Assembly: GCA_001643675.2 (NCBI GenBank)
Contig: LSRY02000003.1
Location: 1,488,001 to 1,552,000 of the forward strand
Origin: Monocercomonoides exilis PA203
Lineage: Eukaryota > Protista > Preaxostyla
DNA: 64,000 nucleotides
Direction of reading: 5' to 3'
The translations under genes were made by a program, and so were the position numbers. Shown piece after piece: positions 1 through 10,368 of this stretch. Positions within the stretch are counted from its first letter, which is position 1, and each line of letters opens with the position of its first letter. The notes under the pieces are model-generated. The model did no database searches and was not told the origin of the DNA. It saw only the letters and a list, made by a program, of their open reading frames with translations.

Positions 1-140
1 ACTGTTACACTTTGCTCCCTTTCATCACTTCTCCCCTTTATTCCTTCAATGAAATTCCACCTGCAATTTTCCTTCTTCTTCCTCTTTCTCTTTCTCTTCC
101 AATTCCTCTTCTTCTATGCTGCTTCATCTAAATCCTCCTT

Positions 141-3100
141 TCATGAGGTGTAGCTGGCATCTTCCACTTCCCTCTCCTGGTTCTCACAAATCCACCTCGT
201 TGTTTCTTCTTTCTGCTTTTGTCCTGCACCTTCCTCAATAATTTTCTTTCCATCTTCATTCATTTTCTCTCTATTCTCTTCTTCCTCTTCTTCTTTGCGT
301 TCTTCTTCTTCATCATCCTCTTCTTCTTCTTCATTTGCTTCTTCTTCATTTGCTTCTCCCAATCCATTTCTTTCCTTTCATTCAAAAAATCTCTTCAATC
401 CTCAAGACCACATTTCCTTTCATAATATTCAATAAAATCGAGATCTTCGTTTTCTTTCACTTTGCTCATCAGTCTTCCCTCTTTTCTTTCTTTTCCATTT
501 TTTCTCTTTCCAATTTTTGTTTCTGCTTTATTTCTTAAGAAATCCTCTTTTTCTTCATTTTCCTCTTTATCCCCGATTCCGATGATGAATGCAAAGTGAT
601 CCAATCAGTTGAAGCAATGATGATGAGGAGGATGATGAGGAGGATGATGAGGAGGATGATGGGGATAGGGATGAATTTATGTGATATGATGTCGATGAAT
701 TTGAAGAAGAAGAAGAAGCGAATTGAATGTGATGACTGAAGGTCGAGAATTGTGAAGAGAAACGTATCAATCAACAACGGAGAAGTTCACCAGAAATTAC
801 CTTTTCTTGATAACATCTTCTTTATTTATATATCTTTTTCTGCCAAATAAGATCCTCCAAATCCATCAAACATTCAGCTCTATCATCCCCCCTCGCCAAC
901 AAAAAATTGGAAACCTATGTAAATCCCTTTTTCATTCCATCTCTTCTTCTTTCACTTCCCTTCTTTCACAAAAAATCTTCTTTCTTCAAAAATAATTCTT
1001 TGTCAAAGCCCAACACCAGGCATCTTCGTAATATCTCGCATTTCATCTGTCTGTCTAATTTTTCCTTCAAAACTTTTCTTCTTCTTCTTCAAAGCCATCT
1101 AATCCTTCTCTCTTTCAGCACCCTGAATAAAAAAATTAATAATCGCTTCAAAATAAATAACGACAGCAAACCTTCTAAACATATTTTTAAGCCAATGTCT
1201 ATATTTTATCCCATTGGCACCTGTTTTCTTCAATACAATTTCATTATTTCTTCCTTTTTCAAGTGTTTCATCTCTGATTCGCAAATCATCCTTTCCATCA
1301 GTTGTTTCTCCATCAAATGCATCGATTTCTGGTCCTTCTGAAAAATGTGAGATTTATGCATTCTGCTCAAATTCCACCCTCATTATTGAAAAATGTCCTG
1401 TTTTTTGTCAAAAATATCATCTCCAATTCCCTTCCCAATCCCTTCACCCTGGGCACTTTCCATATGAATTTTCTGGCTCAGCTCGATAGCCACCCTACAC
1501 AACGCGACATCCCGCTTTCATTCATTTTCATTCATTTCCACCTCCTCCCCTGAAAACAACACAAAAACATTCAACAGATAAATATTCATATAAATAAAAT
1601 AAATAAAGAACAAACTGCGCTTAGACTGTTTTTTGCCAAACACACTCATTTCCACAGCCATCATCATTCAAAAATTCAATCTCTTCATTTCAGTCTCAGA
1701 ATGGTTGAATACAGCATGGAATGCATCTTCACAAAATACATCGTGTATCTCGCTGAAGGGTCTTTTCAGCCCGTACACATTGTGATGGATGTCCAGAGGC
1801 GTTTTTTCTTTTCGTCCATGATCATCTCCTTTAATAATATTCTCAACCACCAAAAGAAGTGTTTGAGGTTTATCTCATCAACACCTTGCACATGAGGGAT
1901 ATGGCGCATACAAGTGATGGAAGAATATTTTTTGTGGCAGGGAGTAGAAGTTGGGTGTTTTTTTGAATGTTTATATTTCAAGAGGGATTTTTGAATAAAC
2001 AAAATTTGGAGACAAAGGGGTGGGGAAGAGTGGGTGGAGATTTTGAGAAGATTATATAGTAAATATGTAGGGAAGTGGCTGAGGATGGTGAGGAAGATAT
2101 TTGAGGCAAATTGGAGAAATGGATTTTGAAAAGAAAGAAAAGAGGGCAAAAGTGTGCAAGAAGAAGAATATTCTGAAGTGTTCAAATGGAAAAGGGTGTT
2201 TTTTTAGAAGAAAAGATTTTATGGAAGAGACTGAGAATTCTGAAGAAAAGGAGGGGATTGATATTTTCTGATGATTTTGTGAGCTGAATGGAAGAGGGGA
2301 ATGGAAAGGAAAATAAATTGAGTGATATTATCATTTTTTGTTTCTGAGGGGAAAGGAAGGGAAATCGCAAAATGAAATTCAATTGCCTTTGGAAAAATAC
2401 AGCAAGATTGATTACCACAATCTGTTCGTCATATATTTGGTGATTATGTTTTTCTAACCAAACTGAGGTTCATACATCAAGCGAGACGTTTTGGCCAATC
2501 AACAACATCACACAAAGAGTCCTCGTCATCTTCTTCAGAAATGTTAGTTGACTGATTGCACATTTCTCAATAATTTCTTCTTCTTCCACATCATTTCCTT
2601 CTTTTTCATCATCTTCTTCTTCAGATAATCCCCTTTCATTCAATCGACCATTTTCCTCATTTCTCGGTTTGCAAACACAAAATTCGCCTTCTCACAATTC
2701 ACTTGCTTATTCAGCGACAAGCACGCCTGTTATGAACCGCATAGCCAAAAACACACAAAATCTTCTTCAGTCAAATTTTGCTTCTTCTTCTTCTTCTTCT
2801 TTGACTTCGCTCTTCCTCATTCGTTCGCGCATTCACACAGCATCTATCTTCATTTCAACAATTGTGATCCTCCTTTTCTTCTTCAACTCTTTCTTCGATG
2901 AACGAATTTAAAATATTCCTATTTCCATTTCATTCAACTTCCCATTGAATTTATCAAGAAGCATTAAAACCTGCTCAAATAGGAAACGCAAAAGAAATGT
3001 TCATTCTGACATAGAATTTCAGCCAGACCTAACACGGAGATGAAATGGGTAATATTGATCCGGAATAGCCGAACATCAGGCATGCAACAAAAAATAGAGA

Positions 3101-3600
3101 TTGCCTCTGACTTTTTTCATTTGGAAGCTGAAAGAATTCACCGAAAACATAAAGAACAGGACAGGATAGGATGTTTGGGGCGAATGATTATGAGGATGAC
3201 CTTCGACAAATTTCACAACGTCATTTGCCTTCAATGGAACGAGAGGATGATTAAATGAGGAGAACATAATTTATTAGAAAACAAATGATCGAAGGATAAT
3301 TCTATGAAATAAGTGCGTCTGCAGCGCTCAAAAAAGGAGAAATGGGAATGGAAAAAGAAATTGAAAGTTTTGAAGAGCTTGTTGATATGCTTGAAGAAAT
3401 GCATTTTGAAGAGATGAAATAGATGATTCCTAAAAGCAACAAGCGGAATTTGCATTTGATGAAAAGGAGAAATTAGAAGAGGAAATATCGAAGAAATATT
3501 TATATTTGAGCTGACGTTAAGTATTTTGGTAAAATTAAGTGATATGTTCTTCAGTTGAAAAGAAGATGAAAGCGTCTGAATTTTTCAATGACATGGAAAA
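141..3600 (-). pseudogene. Degenerate, apparently intron-containing gene/repeat of unknown function with acidic tracts (mirror of 17715-21200)
   Basis: Short protein-like frames (KTPLDIHHNVYGLKRPFSEIHDVF; IHMESAQGEGIGKGIGDDIF) are conserved with the 56100-58150 paralogue but broken by stops and frameshifts. Confidence 0.4.
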
Positions 3601-3604
3601 TGAA

Positions 3605-4891
3605 TCAAAATTTGAAGAAGAAATAATTGAGGAAATTATGAGAAAGTTCATCATTTCCAGTGATTATAGTGTCAACAGCGCTGAAAGTGAGTGTTTGAGA
3701 AGGAACAAATGTTGAGGCGAGGAGGGTGAGAGAGGCATCTTGGGCATCTGTCATGCGAACAAGAGCGAATTCAATTGTTTTGCATGGACTGAGTTGTGTG
3801 ATTCCGCAGAGATCGGTGTTTGTTCCATTATTTGACACGATTTTGAATGTTGTTATGAGAGGGAGCCATCTGTTGAACTCAACATTATCTGCTTCTCCTG
3901 CATTCCACACTCTTTTTGATTCTGTTGTTGACCCGCACTGATTGAATGGGGATTGGGTGATGCTGCTGCCATTAAAGAACACATCATTACCTCTGCCATT
4001 CGTCGCAGTGTTGCCATCGAAGAAGCAGAATGTGATGAAATTTACTCCATTCATCCAAGTGAAGGTTGCATCCAAATAAATACCAGCTCCGCCGCGTGTA
4101 GATGAAGTTGACGTCAATTCATTATTTACAAATTGGCACTCATTGATTGAAAACTGACTTGGTTTGTTTCCTGGTGGCCAACTGAATGTTAATGATCCCG
4201 CAGCATCACCACCTGAGTTTGAAATGCACTTGCATTTAGAAAACAGGAATTGAAAATTTAACTGATTATTATTTAGTCCAAAATACCAACCAGTTCCGCA
4301 CCAATCTGTTATTGAACAACTTTCCACTCTGTTTTCTGAGAATGAATAAACAGAATTTGATTGTGGCCAGCCAACGTAAGCAGCTCCTCCATGAGCAGCT
4401 GAACAACTTGTGAAATTGGATTTTGTGATGTTAACATTCAACAGATATAAGCAATATAACGCTCCACCACTGTATCCGTTTGTTGAACAATTGAAAAATG
4501 AACACGAAGTGATCGATAAATTTGCGTTTGTGCAATTGACTTTCAGAGCACCTCCTTGATCATTTCCGCTGTATGAATCATTCCATTCGCACCACTCAAA
4601 GAGGTAGCTATTCAAATCAGTAAAGGACAATCTACCAGGTTTCGCTCTTTGGGTTTCGGATCCGTTATATTTTACAAGATCATTTGATGAAGATCGTGTT
4701 TGGTGGAGAAAAGAGGCGTTGAAGGCAGAGAGAGAAGTGAATGGGCTGTTGATGGAAGGGAGAATGGTTCCATCGATGGGGTTGTGGATGTGTTTGAAGA
4801 TGATTGAGATGAATGCGAAAAATATTTGGAGGATTTTGTTTGTCAGAAGAACACGCAAAAATAAAAGAGGAGAAAAAAATAGAAATTTCAT
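3605..4891 (-). CDS. Beta-helix-like GGA-motif surface protein family, 5'-truncated cassette type B (428 aa; ATG and hydrophobic N-terminus supplied by the flank)
   Basis: Open frame with repeated GGA(L/I/V) and FxxN/FxxC motifs, FEWCEW, WCGTGW, FITFCFFDGN and CGxxxxxPCxTI. Family homology starts near HNPIDG. Confidence 0.75.
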   Translation of the reverse strand: MKFLFFSPLLFLRVLLTNKILQIFFAFISIIFKHIHNPIDGTILPSINSPFTSLSAFNASFLHQTRSSSNDLVKYNGSETQRAKPGRLSFTDLNSYLFEWCEWNDSYSGNDQGGALKVNCTNANLSITSCSFFNCSTNGYSGGALYCLYLLNVNITKSNFTSCSAAHGGAAYVGWPQSNSVYSFSENRVESCSITDWCGTGWYFGLNNNQLNFQFLFSKCKCISNSGGDAAGSLTFSWPPGNKPSQFSINECQFVNNELTSTSSTRGGAGIYLDATFTWMNGVNFITFCFFDGNTATNGRGNDVFFNGSSITQSPFNQCGSTTESKRVWNAGEADNVEFNRWLPLITTFKIVSNNGTNTDLCGITQLSPCKTIEFALVRMTDAQDASLTLLASTFVPSQTLTFSAVDTIITGNDELSHNFLNYFFFKF

Positions 4892-7800
4892 CGAAACTCT
4901 CTGTTTTTATTTGTTATTATTCTCCTCAGCAAATTTCGACCTTCAATCAACTTTTCCTATTTGTTCGTCATCATCGTTTATTCCTTCTTCACCTTCTTCT
5001 TCTCCTTCTTCTCCTTCATCTTCTCCTTCTTCTCCTTCTTCTCCGTCTTTTTCTTCTTCTCCTCCTTCACTTTCATTATCATCTATGTTATCTTTTTTAT
5101 CTTCATTCTCAAGTCAGTGTGTACAATAATATTATCTGCAATTTCCTTATGACAAAGAGAAACCACAGATTAATTTTCATGTCTTTCTCTTCTCTTTCCT
5201 TCTCCATCTCCTTCATTTTCATGTGCTTCTTCATTTTCATCATCATCATCTTCTTCTTCTTCAACTCCTCCAACTTTTTCAATGCCATCTTCACTCACTT
5301 GGAGTTGAATCGGAATATCACCTATCTGTTGCATTCATACGCTCCAATCAACAGAGACGCAAAATTGAACTAATAATTATTTCACTTGCATTTCTTTGTC
5401 TCAACAATCAATCACTGAACTAGTCTTCATTTTTCATTCACAATTTTGATGATGAAAAAAGGTAATTTGAACGAATTGATTTCATTTCATTAAAATCGTC
5501 TTCTTTTTCATCAACCTTCTTCAACGAACAACAAAAAAATTGTCATTTCCATTTCATTCAACTCCTGTTAAATCCAGGGCCAAGCGTCATCTTTCATTTT
5601 CTTTTCGGAAGCACAAAAGGATTATTTATTCTATCGCAGAATATCAGCTGAAATTATATGTCAACGGAAGTGATTCAATGTCAAACCAAGAAAAGCCAAT
5701 CATCGGGTGCACGATCCATGAAGGTTGCCTCTGCATAATTCATTTTGAGATTGAAAGAATAACATGAAGCAGAAAGAACAAAGTGGGAAAAGATTTTTTT
5801 GAACAAACAGTTGCAGGGATGGTTTTTGAGAGATTTCACAAGGCCACATGCCTTCAACAAGTCGCGGAAGATGAAATGGGAGAGGAAACATTAAAGAGAT
5901 ATAAGTTTTTGAGTGGATGTCAAGGGTTTTTAAAAGCAAGTGATGATATATTCCTCAAATGAAAAGCAATGAAAGCTTATGAATTTTTCCATGATATGGA
6001 AAATGGTGAAAATTGGAAAATGGAAGGAATAATAAAGAAATTAGAAAAAGTTTATCATTTCCTGTTATTTTTATATCAACTGCGCTGGATGTGAGTGGAG
6101 TTGGAACAAATATCAATGGGGTCTGTTGGGGTCTGCCACAGGCATCTGTATTGGTTCCGTTGTTAGAAACGATTTTGTTCTGAGCAATGAGGGGGAGCCA
6201 GCTATTGAACACATCGCTATTAGCTGTATTGTTATTCCACACTCTTTGTGTTGGAGTTGTTGAGCCACAATTCTCAAACGGAGATTGAATGATGCTGCTT
6301 CCATTGAAAAATACATCATTTCCTCTGCCATTTTTTGCAGTGTTGCCATCGAAGAAACAGAATGTGATGAATTTATTTCCGCTCATCCAGTTATATGTTG
6401 CATAACAGTAAATGGCAGCGCCTCCATAATTAGTAGAGGCAGTCAATTCATTTTTGATAAACTGGCAATCATTAACCAAAAATTGACTCGGTTTGTTGCT
6501 TGGAGGATAACGAAATGTTAAAGAACCAGCAGAATCACCACCAGAATTTGCAATGCACTTGCATTTGGTAAACAAAAATTTTCCGTTTGATGGCATGTCA
6601 TCGAGCAAGAAATACCAGCCGGTTCCACACCAATTTGTTATTTTACAACTTTCCACTCTGTTTTCTGAGAATGTCCAAACAGAATTTGATTGTGGATTCC
6701 TTGTGTGAACTGCTCCTCCATGAGCAGCTGAACAGCTTGTGAAATTGGATTTTGTGATATCAATTTTTAACAAACTATCGCAATATAACGCTCCACCATG
6801 ATTTGTTGTTGAGCATTTGCTATACGAGCAAGAAGTGATTGTGAGATTTGCATTAGTGCAAACAACTTGAAGTGCACCACCAGATGAAGATCCACCATTT
6901 GAATCATTCCATTCGCACCATTCAAAGCGATGACTGTTCACATCAAAAGAAGTCAATCTTCCAGGTGTTTTTCTATCAGTTTTAGTTCCAATATACACCT
7001 TTGCAGCATTTGATGGAGATCGTGTTTGGTGAAGGAAAGAGGCGTTGAAGGCAGAGAGAGAAGTGAATGGGCTGTTGATGGAAGGGAGAATGGTTCCATC
7101 GATGGGGTTGTGGATGTGTTTGAAGATGATTGAGATGAATGCGAAAAATATTTGGAGGATTTTGTTTGTCAGAAGAACACGCAAAAATAAAAGAGGAGAA
7201 AAAAATAGAAATTTCATCGAAACTCTCTGTTTTTATTTGTTATTATTCTCCTCAGCAAATTTCGACCTTCAATCAACTTTTCCTATTTGTTCGTCATCAT
7301 CGTTTATTCCTTCTTCACCTTCTTCTTCTCCTTCTTCTCCTTCATCTTCTCCTTCTTCTCCTTCTTCTCCGTCTTTTTCTTCTTCTCCTCCTTCACTTTC
7401 ATTATCATCTATGTTATCTTTTTTATCTTCATTCTCAAGTCAGTGTGTACAATAATATTATCTGCAATTTCCTTATGACAAAGAGAAACCACAGATTAAT
7501 TTTCATGTCTTTCTCTTCTCTTTCCTTCTCCATCTCCTTCATTTTCATGTGCTTCTTCATTTTCATCATCATCATCTTCTTCTTCTTCAACTCCTCCAAC
7601 TTTTTCAATGCCATCTTCACTCACTTGGAGTTGAATCGGAATATCACCTATCTGTTGCATTCATACGCTCCAATCAACAGAGACGCAAAATTGAACTAAT
7701 AATTATTTCACTTGCATTTCTTTGTCTCAACAATCAATCACTGAACTAGTCTTCATTTTTCATTCACAATTTTGATGATGAAAAAAGGTAATTTGAACGA

Positions 7801-9361
7801 ATTGATTTCATTTCATTAAAATCGTCTTCTTTTTCATCAACCTTCTTCAACGAACAACAAAAAAATTGTCATTTCCATTTCATTCAACTCCTGTTAAATC
7901 CAGGGCCAAGCGTCATCTTTCATTTTCTTTTCGGAAGCACAAAAGGATTATTTATTCTATCGCAGAATATCAGCTGAAATTATATGTCAACGGAAGTGAT
8001 TCAATGTCAAACCAAGAAAAGCCAATCATCGGGTGCACGATCCATGAAGGTTGCCTCTGCATAATTCATTTTGAGATTGAAAGAATAACATGAAGCAGAA
8101 AGAACAAAGTGGGAAAAGATTTTTTTGAACAAACAGTTGCAGGGATGGTTTTTGAGAGATTTCACAAGGCCACATGCCTTCAACAAGTCGCGGAAGATGA
8201 AATGGGAGAGGAAACATTAAAGAGATATAAGTTTTTGAGTGGATGTCAAGGGTTTTTAAAAGCAAGTGATGATATATTCCTCAAATGAAAAGCAATGAAA
8301 GCTTATGAATTTTTCCATGATATGGAAAATGGTGAAAATTGGAAAATGGAAGGAATAATAAAGAAATTAGAAAAAGTTTATCATTTCCTGTTATTTTTAT
8401 ATCAACTGCGCTGGATGTGAGTGGAGTTGGAACAAATATCAATGGGGTCTGTTGGGGTCTGCCACAGGCATCTGTATTGGTTCCGTTGTTAGAAACGATT
8501 TTGTTCTGAGCAATGAGGGGGAGCCAGCTATTGAACACATCGCTATTAGCTGTATTGTTATTCCACACTCTTTGTGTTGGAGTTGTTGAGCCACAATTCT
8601 CAAACGGAGATTGAATGATGCTGCTTCCATTGAAAAATACATCATTTCCTCTGCCATTTTTTGCAGTGTTGCCATCGAAGAAACAGAATGTGATGAATTT
8701 ATTTCCGCTCATCCAGTTATATGTTGCATAACAGTAAATGGCAGCGCCTCCATAATTAGTAGAGGCAGTCAATTCATTTTTGATAAACTGGCAATCATTA
8801 ACCAAAAATTGACTCGGTTTGTTGCTTGGAGGATAACGAAATGTTAAAGAACCAGCAGAATCACCACCAGAATTTGCAATGCACTTGCATTTGGTAAACA
8901 AAAATTTTCCGTTTGATGGCATGTCATCGAGCAAGAAATACCAGCCGGTTCCACACCAATTTGTTATTTTACAACTTTCCACTCTGTTTTCTGAGAATGT
9001 CCAAACAGAATTTGATTGTGGATTCCTTGTGTGAACTGCTCCTCCATGAGCAGCTGAACAGCTTGTGAAATTGGATTTTGTGATATCAATTTTTAACAAA
9101 CTATCGCAATATAACGCTCCACCATGATTTGTTGTTGAGCATTTGCTATACGAGCAAGAAGTGATTGTGAGATTTGCATTAGTGCAAACAACTTGAAGTG
9201 CACCACCAGATGAAGATCCACCATTTGAATCATTCCATTCGCACCATTCAAAGCGATGACTGTTCACATCAAAAGAAGTCAATCTTCCAGGTGTTTTTCT
9301 ATCAGTTTTAGTTCCAATATACACCTTTGCAGCATTTGATGGAGATCGTGTTTGGTGAAGG
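4710..9361. repeat. Direct tandem duplication, unit 2326 bp (4710-7035 / 7036-9361), present only in the left arm of P1
   Basis: Identical ORFs offset by 2326 (4719/7045, 5540/7866, 5955/8281). The right arm has one copy. Confidence 0.95.
5955..7217 (-). CDS. Chimeric family member (420 aa): N-terminus of type B fused in frame to the variable domain of type A
   Basis: The N-terminal ~60 aa are identical to 3605-4891 and the remainder is identical to 8281-10368. Crossover lies within AAAGAGG at 7036-7042. Confidence 0.8.
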   Translation of the reverse strand: MKFLFFSPLLFLRVLLTNKILQIFFAFISIIFKHIHNPIDGTILPSINSPFTSLSAFNASFLHQTRSPSNAAKVYIGTKTDRKTPGRLTSFDVNSHRFEWCEWNDSNGGSSSGGALQVVCTNANLTITSCSYSKCSTTNHGGALYCDSLLKIDITKSNFTSCSAAHGGAVHTRNPQSNSVWTFSENRVESCKITNWCGTGWYFLLDDMPSNGKFLFTKCKCIANSGGDSAGSLTFRYPPSNKPSQFLVNDCQFIKNELTASTNYGGAAIYCYATYNWMSGNKFITFCFFDGNTAKNGRGNDVFFNGSSIIQSPFENCGSTTPTQRVWNNNTANSDVFNSWLPLIAQNKIVSNNGTNTDACGRPQQTPLIFVPTPLTSSAVDIKITGNDKLFLISLLFLPFSNFHHFPYHGKIHKLSLLFI

Positions 9362-10368
9362 AAAGAGGTGTTGAAGGCAGAGAGAGAAGTGGATGGGCTG
9401 TTGAGGTTGGGGAGGATGGCACCATCGATGGGGTTGTGGGTGTGTTTGAAGATGGTTGAATGGATGAAGAGGGATGAGTGAAGAGAGAATGAGGGAATTG
9501 TATTGGTGTTAGTATTGGTGGAAATGGAAGTGGTTGAGGTGGTTGAGATGAATGAATTGAGTGAGTGGGAGGGAAGGGATGGAAGAGATGGATGGGATTG
9601 GGGAGATGAGATGTTGGAGAAGAGGGTGTTTGAGAGATGGAGATTGAGGTGGATTTGGAGGTGAGGATGGGATTGGTGATGGATATGGAGAGGGGAAGGG
9701 GAAGAGGAAGAGGAAATCGAAGGGGAAAGGGAAGGGGAAGGGGAAGGGGAAGAAAAAAATGATGATGAGGATGAGGATGAGAAAGATGAAGGAGAAGGGG
9801 AAAGGGAAGGAGATGGAGAAGGGGAAGGGGAAGAGAGGGAAAAAGGAGAAAAAAGGAAGGGCTGGATGAGGGAGACGAAAGAGGAGAAGGAGGAGTGGGA
9901 GATGGAGAAGGAGGCAGGGATTGGGGAGTGGGCATGTGGGAGGAGATTGTTTGGGGTGGAGAAGAGGGGGAAGGAGAGGATGGCAGGTTGGTGGGTGGTG
10001 AGGGAGAAGTTTGTGAGGGCGAGGGAGGCATGGGCAGAGAGGAAGAGGGGGCAGTGGTGGTGGTGGCTGTTGGTGAGTGAAGGTGGGTGGATGGTGCAAG
10101 TGGAGGAGCAGATGGAGGCAGCGGAGTGGTGTTGGGCAGTGAGGAGTGGACAGCCACTGAGAGGGATGATGTTGAGATGGGTCACACACAAGGAGGTGTT
10201 GATGAGGGCGAGGCTTGTTTGAGCACCACAGATGTGATTGCCAGATGCATGTTCCACCTTGTCTGAGTGAGCGCCTCTGATGATGCTGTTTGCGATATCT
10301 TCTCCATGAACGAGATTTATGGTGAGGAGTGCAGCGAGTATCTGAGCTAATACTGTGATCCTAATCAT
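8281..10368 (-). CDS. N-terminally complete family member type A: signal peptide, Ser/Pro/His-rich linker, GGA-motif beta-helix domain (695 aa from the ATG)
   Basis: ATG at 10368 gives MIRITVLAQILAALLTINLVHG, a signal-peptide-like start. Uninterrupted ORF next to the P1 centre. Confidence 0.85.
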   Translation of the reverse strand: MIRITVLAQILAALLTINLVHGEDIANSIIRGAHSDKVEHASGNHICGAQTSLALINTSLCVTHLNIIPLSGCPLLTAQHHSAASICSSTCTIHPPSLTNSHHHHCPLFLSAHASLALTNFSLTTHQPAILSFPLFSTPNNLLPHAHSPIPASFSISHSSFSSFVSLIQPFLFSPFSLSSPSPSPSPSLSPSPSSFSSSSSSSFFSSPSPSPSLSPSISSSSSPSPLHIHHQSHPHLQIHLNLHLSNTLFSNISSPQSHPSLPSLPSHSLNSFISTTSTTSISTNTNTNTIPSFSLHSSLFIHSTIFKHTHNPIDGAILPNLNSPSTSLSAFNTSFLHQTRSPSNAAKVYIGTKTDRKTPGRLTSFDVNSHRFEWCEWNDSNGGSSSGGALQVVCTNANLTITSCSYSKCSTTNHGGALYCDSLLKIDITKSNFTSCSAAHGGAVHTRNPQSNSVWTFSENRVESCKITNWCGTGWYFLLDDMPSNGKFLFTKCKCIANSGGDSAGSLTFRYPPSNKPSQFLVNDCQFIKNELTASTNYGGAAIYCYATYNWMSGNKFITFCFFDGNTAKNGRGNDVFFNGSSIIQSPFENCGSTTPTQRVWNNNTANSDVFNSWLPLIAQNKIVSNNGTNTDACGRPQQTPLIFVPTPLTSSAVDIKITGNDKLFLISLLFLPFSNFHHFPYHGKIHKLSLLFI
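9690..9840 (+). repeat. Polypurine G-run tract (GGGGAA-type repeats) encoding the Ser/Pro linker; G-quadruplex/H-DNA potential on the template strand
   Basis: GGGGAAAGGGAAGGGGAAGGGGAAGGGG at 9722-9749. Homologous tracts at ~13805-13955 (minus) and 60714-60850. Confidence 0.7.

Noticed and set aside
8281-10368. Bacterial Pmp/autotransporter annotation
   Set aside because: Only the GGA/FxxN motifs are shared. There is no C-terminal beta-barrel and the context is eukaryotic.
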